Shown here: piece after piece, positions 54,874 to 64,000 of the stretch
Layout of the letters: each line of letters starts with the position of its first letter
Numbering within the stretch: position 1 is the first letter of the stretch
Source of the DNA: Chrysomallon squamiferum
Lineage: Eukaryota > Animalia > Mollusca
Assembly (NCBI GenBank): GCA_012295275.1
Contig: CM022671.1
Coordinates: forward strand, 24,118,001 to 24,182,000
Reading direction: 5' to 3'
DNA: 64,000 nt
Notes under the pieces: generated by a model
Told to the model about the DNA's origin: nothing
The model's input: only the letters and a program-made list of their open reading frames with translations
The model's database searches: none
Position numbers and translations under genes: made by a program

Positions 54874-57714
54874 AACTGCAACCAGACTTTACTTTGTTCT
54901 GTTTGGGAAATATTCAGCACTTGTATTCAGCACATAGGAGATAATAAACAATATTACTTTCTTCATCTCAGAACCTAAACTTCGTATCAGCAAGACTCAG
55001 AAGAAGTATATATGACAAGAGATATTTTAGTTATGCCACATAGAGTTTGTGGAATTAACTCTCCGGCAATATCACCTACGTTTCAAGCATTCTTAAAATC
55101 ATATTTCTTTCTAATCTACTTTTGTTAATATCTAGTCGCACATTATGCCTTCTGTTACACACTCAGTTTAATCTGTTCATCATTTGAAACAATATTTTAA
55201 GATTAATTCAATTAGTGTTGCATTCATTTTAACATGTTCAACATTATTTTCATATTCATTTTTACAGGTTTGCGACCAGACTTCTCATTTTTTAATATAT
55301 TACCTTTACATTGTGAATCACCCTTGAGGATGCTTAGTGACAAAGAGTTCTACATAAATAATTATAAAATAATAATAACATACCTTTTGAAAAGCAGATT
55401 ATTTATTATTGATTTAAAAACTAAATTATTTAAGTGAATAAAATAATATAAAAAGTTATCATCACAGTGCGTTCATATTGATGTATAGTCACACCTTTTT
55501 AAAAGGTCTATACTGAGTTCATTGATGGACAGAATCTAAGTACTGACTCCAATATATCCCACTTCTTGACCACCTAGCTTAGAAACGTACAAGATATATG
55601 CTGAAATATATACCCGTTTATTTCTTTTGTTCAATAAGCACGTTAGTATTAACGAACAATTTAAGAAATAAAAAGCTATTTTTTGAAACATTCAGATCGT
55701 CTGTATTCTGTTCGTACACTTTTTCCTCGAAGAAATGCATGATAGATGTTTGTCTTCAAGTCATTAATATCAGGGAATCGGTACGAAACTGCAAGTTGTT
55801 TTGAAATTCAAAACAGGAGGAAAACGGATGGGAATGGGGTTTTATTTATGCAAACGTTGGGATATTTCCTGATAAAATCAGGGACCCACATATAATTGAT
55901 CAGTGGGCGTCAAACGCTTTCTACTGCTTGTAATAATGTGTATTTTAAAAATCCTTTTCACAGCATCATTATTTAACAGCAACTTATTTCATAGAAAATA
56001 ATCGTTGTTAAAACAGAAATGGTTTTAGTTTCGTTAAATAGATATTCACCTGATTATTTTGTTTATCACGAAATGTGTTTTTTTTCATTACTTATTTACT
56101 TTCGTATTATTTTCAGAGAATAAAATGCAGACAAGAAATAACAAACAGCTTTGATTAGTAGAATCAATCATCAGTTATAAAGAATAATTAAAACAAAGAA
56201 AAAGGTCCTTCAGTGTTTCCTTTAATAATATATAATATTTGCAAATCTGTAATTGAAAAGAAATGCCAGTCTAATATATAGAATAGTTAATTAACTTTAA
56301 AAATTAAATACTGAATGTATTCACATATTCGTTATTATGTTTGTTTTTCTTTTAATTATTTTTCTTTTTTCTTATATTATTGTTGGTTTTTTTTTCTCTT
56401 TTTAAGCATTTTTTGAGCAGTTGCTGACGTTTAAGCCAAAACAAGGCAAACGTTTAAAAATATTTGGGCAATTCCAACATCTTCAAACAGTCAAAATATA
56501 AAATAACGTTTTCCAGTTTATTCTGAAACAGTATTATTTCCAGGTCCAAGAAAAATATAACGTATAACAAAGTAATCACAGATTTTATGTTAAAATGGCA
56601 AGTAATGGTAGATAAAAACAACGCGAGCAGTGTTGGCGTGACTACCTTACAAAAAGTAAGGGCAGGTCTTCTATGTTAAAGGGAAGATGAAGAAAACGTT
56701 GCCGGCACCACCATGATCTCTGATCCCCCGATGGGGTCCAGGTTTCCCCGATTTCAATTATCTGTACATTTTGACGCTTGGCCACAATTATGCTAAATTT
56801 GACAAATGATGGTATATTACAATCAGGCAGATCTTTTCTAACCATTCAACCATTAATATTATGAAGTCAAAAAAGAAAAAAGACCAAAGGCTGAAAAGAA
56901 TACTGGGACATTTGTGCCTGTATTATTGAGAAATTTCTGAAAGGAGGGTATCTGAAAATATATTCCATTTTAAGAAGTAATCTATTAAAATAATTAAGCA
57001 TTCATGTATTTCTTTACGTATATAAACATATCCATTCAGATTTTCAGGGTATTTTTAAAATTAAATTTAAAAATATTTCTATAAATATATTACATAATGT
57101 CTGTAATTTTCGGAAATGTTGGTGTATGTCTGTTTTCTTCAAAATTAAAACAAAAACAGAAACGAACTGGAGATAAACATTAGAAAAAGTATAGTAGAAA
57201 TAAACAGAATGTGTAGTCTATGGAAACATTTAATATTTACTCAAATAATGAAAATAAGGAAAACCATTATTTATCAAATGATAACTCTTTACACGGTTTA
57301 AATGAAATTATTATCTGAAGAAGATAAATTTAATTATCACTTATCAAGTTCTAAAGCCTCACAGATAAACTTTAACTGAAGTGGATAAACACGATAATTA
57401 TTTTCAAGTTTTAAAGCCTCACCTTAATTGAAATAATTAGCTGGAAAGGATAAACTTCTTCTATTTACATGGTAACCAGCTTCACATCCATTTCTATTTG
57501 CTACAGTATTACATTGAAAATACTTTCATAGGTTAGATCTGTCATTTACTTTCTAGTCATACATTTACATCCAATGGTAACTTTCTGACTTAATCGATGG
57601 TTACTCAACAACCAGTGATTGTTGCCTCTGTTCCTTATTGTTAAGAGTGTTTTATCACCTGTACTTGGTGTCACTGACATCAGTTACACGTGCCTTTTAA
57701 CAACAGGGGTACAT

Positions 57715-57750
57715 TATAAACTATCAAAGACGAGAACAGAAAGGTCAGTT
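57715..57750 (+). promoter_or_regulatory. TATA box + initiator of B4
   Basis: TATAAA at 57715-57720 and TCAGTT at 57745-57750 show canonical ~30-bp spacing, ~95 nt upstream of the ATG. TATAAA also occurs at 43097 (B2) and 51920 (dead B3 exon); B5 has TGTAAA. Confidence 0.55.
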
Positions 57751-57839
57751 CTTTATCTGCAAGAAAACAGCATTAATAAGCACGGAATTTGGTGAATGTT
57801 TTTCTAAATAGTGTCACCTTCTGAAAGGTTTATCGTAAA

Positions 57840-59631
57840 ATGAAAATGAACTCCAATATTTACATCATTTTTGTTTTGATTCTTTCAATGGCTCCAGGTA
57901 AGATTAACTTTGAATACTTCAATATTCTGTAACATTTGTAAAATACACCTTGAGTGTTTGTTACTGATTTGTTTGACAATTTTATTCTTTATGATTTCGG
58001 TACTGTTGATAATATTTGTTATGATGATGGTGATATTAATGTTTATGGTAATAATTATGTTGCCATTGATAATTTAATAATGATATTGTTATTGATGATT
58101 TTTATGAGTACTATTTTGTTGTAGCTGCTGATGTTGTTGATCATGTCGTACTCTTTGTTACAGATTTGTTTGACAATTATATTCTTTATAATTTCGGTAC
58201 TGCTGACAAATTTTTATGACTATGTGATGTTAACGTTAATGATAATAATTATTCTGCTATTGATAATTTAATAATGACATTGTTATTCTTGCTGCTGATG
58301 TTGTTATGATGATGGAATTGACAATTTCGTACACTTATTTTTTTAACAAATCCAGTACAAAATATATATATATAAATATACGAAAATGATGATGAATGGC
58401 AGATTTTGCTATTATCAGCTCAGAAAATGCATATAACTTTTCTCACAGGATAGTTATTGACACAGTTTAAAGTTTATATGATTGTAGAGACTGCAGTTAT
58501 CAATAAAATACGTTATTTTGATGTTAATCATCGAATGTTTCAATATAATATTTGAAAGTTCAATATAATGGGGGTTTTAATAGTTTTCACAAATATTTGT
58601 TTTCAGTGTAATTACTATTGTATATTTATTTAGAAAATTCTAATCCAGATTTTATTCTTTATTTTCTCCAGCATCATATTTAGAAAGGCACAAAATGGTC
58701 AAAATGTTGTCTATTTTAGTTATTTCATTTAGAATTTTGGTAATTATTCAATAAAATATTTTCTTTCTAAACGTGCGTTTCTTATTAATATAATAATTAT
58801 GCATTTTATTTTTTGTTTGTGAAGATAGTGCTGCGGGTACTGATAATGCTTTCTGAATTTTACAAGATCAACAAGTAGGTTGATACAACAGCAACGTCTT
58901 TGCAACAACGCCGGCTTCATTCATTATAAGGCTTTACTTTTTAAATTTAATTAGTCGCTTTTATTAATTACTCAGAGAATAAATTAATACGCAGAAAAAA
59001 CTTCTAGTTTATTCCAAAAGAATAATTTAAACCACAGCATCGACAACATTACTGTTCGAATTAGCGCTATCCACTTTAAGGGTATTGTAGTGTGTAGTGA
59101 TATCATTCCAGTTATAATCTTAGATGTCATTTCCTCAAAACCGTTAGGAGTGTAGATCAACGGTTATGCTTTAACAATGAGATTGTTCTGTTAATTTTTG
59201 ATTTCAGATAACGATTCTGTAAATTTAGCCTTTGAAAAACCGAGTTTTATTAGCAGCCTTTATATGAAGTATTTTGCAAAATACGCCGTTGATAGCAACA
59301 CTGGTGCTGATCTTATTAATGACTACTGTGCTCACTCTGATGTGAGAGACATGAAACCCTGGTGGATGGTGGACTTACAAGGGACATTTCTTATAAATCA
59401 GGTAGAACTGAAAAACAGAGGAGACGGTGTTTGTAAGTAGAAATATAACCAAGGTATATAAATTAATACTCATGTAGATATACAGACAGATGCATGCATA
59501 CATACATACATACATGCATATATAAATACATACATACATATATATTTACATACGTACGTACACACGTAAATATTATTGGTGTCTTTATAACAAACTGTGC
59601 CACGGAGGAAAGTCACTGGAGGAAGTGGAAA

Positions 59632-59668
<37 letters not shown>

Positions 59669-60897
59669 TCAATGTGTATTTTAGTTTTATTTCATTGTTT
59701 TACAGGGGAGAGACTACACAGTTTTGTTATTGAAATATTGAATCAAAGCCCACAACACTGTTATGCGGCCACGACTCAAGTTTGCGTAAATTACACTGGT
59801 CCGCCGCTAGGAAAGGCGGAAACTATAATGTTTACATGCACGAATCCACTGAAAGGTCGTTTTGTCAGAATAATGAAATGGAAAGTTAACAATGAAGAAG
59901 ACTGTCTGACTCTGTGTAACGTTCAGGTCTTTGGTGATACGGATACTGACTTAGGTAATTAACGTTTGTAATCTTGCAGTTTAGGTTTATCCCTTTTCAA
60001 CAGATTTCTTTCTTAATATGTTTTGTACGGTACTGTTTTCTGCTAACGGTCGTCTAAAAATGTAATATAAAACTTAATAAACGTACATACTTTTCAAATC
60101 AACCAATTTTTCCATCACTTATGCAGTTTAGTGAATGATGGCAATCTGTTTTTGGAAAACTATATTTCATTTATTTATCTCATTTCATTTCATAAAAAAT
60201 AAAATAAAATAAAATAAAATAAAATACAAATAATAATTAAAAAAATTGATCTAAAAGTAAAACAAGCTATATAGTTTTCCTGAAATAGATCGGCGCCGTT
60301 CCCTAGACTCGCTTAGATTTTGTTTTTTCGATTTGCTGTTGTACAATGTAACCTCGGTTTTCCAGATTTCAAAAAATCTTACCTAAAGATAATACTAATT
60401 TGTTGTGAGTCCAGCTTTCCACCAAGATAACAGCAATTTTACAACCGCACCTAATCTAACACACTTCACCCAAACTAGCCTACATTTTTATACTATTATA
60501 TTTTCTTTACATATACTGTACGTTTGTTTAGATTATTTTTATGTCTGTATACTTTTTTAACGTCATTATGTAGCTGTTAGGTGTTTACATTCCTGTTTTC
60601 ACTTCTGCAAATTCGGAACTTATACTCTAATATTTTATTAATTTTCTTGCAGAATACATTCAGCAAAACCTTTTCCAACGCGAAAAAGGAACTCGTCTGA
60701 AAACGCAGTTTTCTGAATTAGTTTCTAAAACGAGGAATACTATAGAATGTGCAAAATACTGTGGAATGAAAACAGACTGTTTGGCTTTTAACCACAATGC
60801 TAACACAAACGACTGTGAACTGATCTTTACTCTAGCAGAGAACGACACAAAAGAGATGGATACCTCTTGGAGTTATTACAGATCAAATTTATGTTGA
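57840..60897 (+). CDS. B4: secreted F-type lectin-PAN/apple protein, 258 aa. Exons 57840-57897, 59208-59432, 59706-59954, 60653-60897
   Basis: Leader MKMNSNIYIIFVLILSMAP|GTAAG; open exons of canonical size; motif RGDGVWER. Confidence 0.9.
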
Positions 60898-62321
60898 AAC
60901 TACAACCAGACTTTACATTATTTTGTTTCGGAGATATTCAGCTGTTGTATATTTGATCTGGCGTAGGAAATAATAAACAATATTACTTTCTTTCACCTCA
61001 GAACCTAAACGACATAACAGCAAGAATCAGGAGTACTTATGATGAGAGATATTTAGTAACTAAAATATAGAGTTTGTGGAAATTACTCTCCAAACATTAC
61101 TAACGTCATATTTCTTTCTAATCCACTTCTGTTAATATCTAGTCGCATGTTGTGCCCACTGATAAATATTCTATTTAATCTGTTCAACCATTTTAATCAA
61201 TATTAAATCGAAGAACTGCATGATTATATGTTTGTTTTGTAGTCATTAATATATGGTAATCAAGACAAATTCGCATGTTGTTTTGAAATACAAAACAGGA
61301 GGGAAACGGATGGGAAAAGGGTATTTCCTTGTGCTAACGTTGGGATATTTCCTCATAAAATCAGGGTCCCACAAAAAATTGATCAGTGAGCGTGAAATGC
61401 TTTCTGCTGCTAGTAATAATGTGCATTTTAAAAATCCTTTTCACAGCATCATTATTTAACATCAACATATTTCATAGAAAATAATCATTGTTAAAACGGA
61501 AATGGTCTTAGTTTCGTTAAATAGGTATTCAGTTGATTAGTTTGTATATAACGAAATGTTTTTTTTCTCATTACTTATTCACATTCATATTATTTTCAGA
61601 GAATAAAATACAAACAAAAAATAACAAATAGCTTATATATAATGACTGCAAATCTGTAGTTATAAAGAAATGCAAATCTTCCTAATAAATAGAATAGTTA
61701 ATTAACTTTAAAAATTTAATTCAGATTGTTTTTTATACATTCGTTATTATGTTTGTATTTTTTATTATTATTATATTTTAGTATTATTATATATATATAT
61801 ATATATATATTAAGCATTTGCTTACGTTTAAGCCATTTAATGAAGTATGTGAAGCAAGAATTTATTTAAATATTCATTCTTTTATTTTTATTGGACACAT
61901 TAAGAACTCAAGCTTATTCACTATTACATTTAAAACGTTTTCACTGGTCACCGTCAGGTTTGTCGATTACTTTCTAATCATAAAATTTAATGTGCATCCA
62001 ATGGTAACTTTGTAATCTGTATGACTTAATCGGTGTTCGATTACTTTCTAGCCATAAATTCGAATCCAAAGTAACATTCTAACTTAATCAATGATTATTC
62101 TACAAGCAGAAATTCTGGCCTCTGTTCCTTATTGTTAACAGTGTTATATCATCTGTGACGTCAGTTGCATGTGTCAAAAGGGTACATTGTAAAGTATCAA
62201 AGTCGAGAAAAGAAAGTTAATTTTTTTATCAGCAATATAAAACATAATAGTATTAATTTTTATGGGATTTGGTGAATGTATTTTTCTACCTAGTGTCTCT
62301 TTCAGAAAGGATTATCGTAAA

Positions 62322-62373
62322 ATGGAAATGAAATCCGGAATTATTTTTGTCTTGATTCTTTCAATGGCTCAAG
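62322..62373 (+). CDS. B5: exon 1 (signal peptide MEMKSGIIFVLILSMAQ) of a further paralog continuing beyond the window
   Basis: Homologous to B2 exon 1 with an in-frame 6-nt deletion and an intact GTAAG donor. B-type intron-1 sequence follows to the window end. Confidence 0.75.
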
Positions 62374-63249
62374 GTAAGATCAAGGTTGAATACTTAGATA
62401 TTCTGTTATGTTTGTAAATTACACCTTGAGTGTTTGTTACTGATTTGTTTGACAATTTAATACTGTTGATAATTTGTTATGACGATGGTGATGTTAATGT
62501 TGATGGTAACAATTATGTTGCTATTGATAACGCAATAATGATATTGTTATTGATGATACTTTTGAAGACAATTATGTTATTGCTGCTGATGTTGTTGTTA
62601 CTAATTATGGCGCTGATAATGTTATACTCTTATACTTTAACAAAGCAAGTAGAAAAATAAAATAATAATCATTTTTCCTTCTTCGTATATCTTATTTTTA
62701 TTAACTGAATTCTCAGTTTTCTGAAACGTAAGCTTTTAAATTGTTCCAAACGTGCTAGATTCTATATAGATGCGATTATTATTTTTAAAATTTCCCACTT
62801 TTTTATATTCTTTAAATTCACTGTTGTTGTTATTAACCGAATTTTCAGCTTTTCTATAATAATAATTTTTAAAAGAGTTTCCTATATGCTTGATTCAGTT
62901 TTGTTGGGTATTTTTTACGCTTTTTATTCTTTAAAGTCATTTTGTCTTTGATAACAAATCATTCTGCACTAGAAAACACTTCAACCTTTAACAATAATCA
63001 CTTAAATGACAATCAGAATTCCAAAGGAACCTTTTACTGGTTTCGATAACATTTATCAGACTATATCCGGTATGAATTCGTGTGTCCATGCAAGCACATT
63101 TTTATATAATCAGATTATCACTGATGTGAAACGAATGAAAGTCAAAATAAATTCATTACTTAATTATGTTTCATTATCAATTTGAGCTTAACCTTAGATA
63201 AAGAACGAATGAGTTAGAGACATTTATTTCAGTTTCATTTAAGGAAACT

Positions 63250-63510
63250 ACAACGTAGCTGGTGAGAGTTCTGTCTAAGAATGAGTTTAGCAGCTTGAGG
63301 TTCTGCTATGTGTACACCCCATATATTGGAAAGCACATTACAATGACTTTTAACCGGGGAACACAGACTATCGTGCTTTAAAGCAGCGCTCTAACCAACT
63401 CATACGTTGTGTTCACGATAGGCGTACTTGAACAGTTCTGTGACAGAAGTTTAAAAATTGCACAGTCAATAACAGTATCTATCACCTGTAATGTACGTCT
63501 ACAGGTTTTG
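63250..63510. mobile_element. Same SINE in B5 intron 1, with its 5' part inverted
   Basis: ~63258-63402 matches the SINE head on the minus strand, while 63403-63510 matches the SINE body on the plus strand. Confidence 0.55.
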
Positions 63511-64000
63511 TTTGTTTAATCTTCATAATCTAGAGAAAGGATAAACTTGAAACTTATTTTTCCTAGCTGAGTTTGAAAATCTGTTAATTTTTTTCGTAGT
63601 CGTATGTTGTTGAACAAGCTGTTTGACATTTTCAGTTTAAAATATCATTGAAAAGACAATGAAAATATTTTAGATACGTCAGAATGAAGAATAACATAAC
63701 ACCGAAAAAAAATTAGAGAAAAAAAAACTTGTAGAATAAGGAAAATTAAAAATGAAAAGTATTTAAAATAATTTCTGAAATGTTTTCTTACAAAGCAAGT
63801 TTATCTTTCATTAGAAACAAATAGTTATTCTTAATGATAAATATTCAGTGGTAACAAATCTTAGTATTTTTGTGTAATAGTATAATAATAGTATGTTTTT
63901 TAGATTTGGTAAACATTTAGGAAGAATATTATTTATTCAGTATAATTAAAATAGATATAAATATGTAACAAAAGGACATTCATTAAAAATGAGTAATTTT

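Noticed and set aside
56642-56845. Paired minus-strand ORFs sharing RFLHLPFNIEDL (also 49490-49693) as a possible nested gene
   Set aside because: They lie within duplicated intergenic DNA, with no recognisable domain or convincing partner exons. More likely a decayed repeat, though a BLASTx would settle it.

Overview
AT-rich, microsatellite-laden eukaryotic DNA, most likely an invertebrate and possibly a mollusc (inferred from repeat types and gene family). There are no prokaryotic features. The whole window is a tandem cluster of one spliced gene family that the ORF track shows only in fragments. Each gene has four coding exons joined by phase-1 GT-AG introns: a signal peptide, an F-type lectin (fucolectin) domain split over two exons, and a C-terminal PAN/apple domain, giving a secreted protein of about 258-259 aa. 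Subfamily A (minus strand, ~6.6-6.9 kb tandem units, 1-28.6 kb) comprises A1 (1-bp frameshift in exon 1), A2 and A3 (intact), A4 (pseudogene) and A5 (orphan exon 2). Subfamily B comprises B1 (minus strand, canonical exon 1 missing) facing away from B2, B3, B4 (plus strand, intact) and B5 (exon 1 only, runs off the window). Paralogs differ mainly in the loops around the sugar pocket. All replace the canonical RGD-CC of fucolectins with RGD-xx-W, and many are mosaics of their neighbours, including across an inversion. Together this looks like a birth-and-death, recombination-diversified glycan-recognition repertoire. Gene models were built by hand from splice sites and paralog alignment; no database search or expression data were available.
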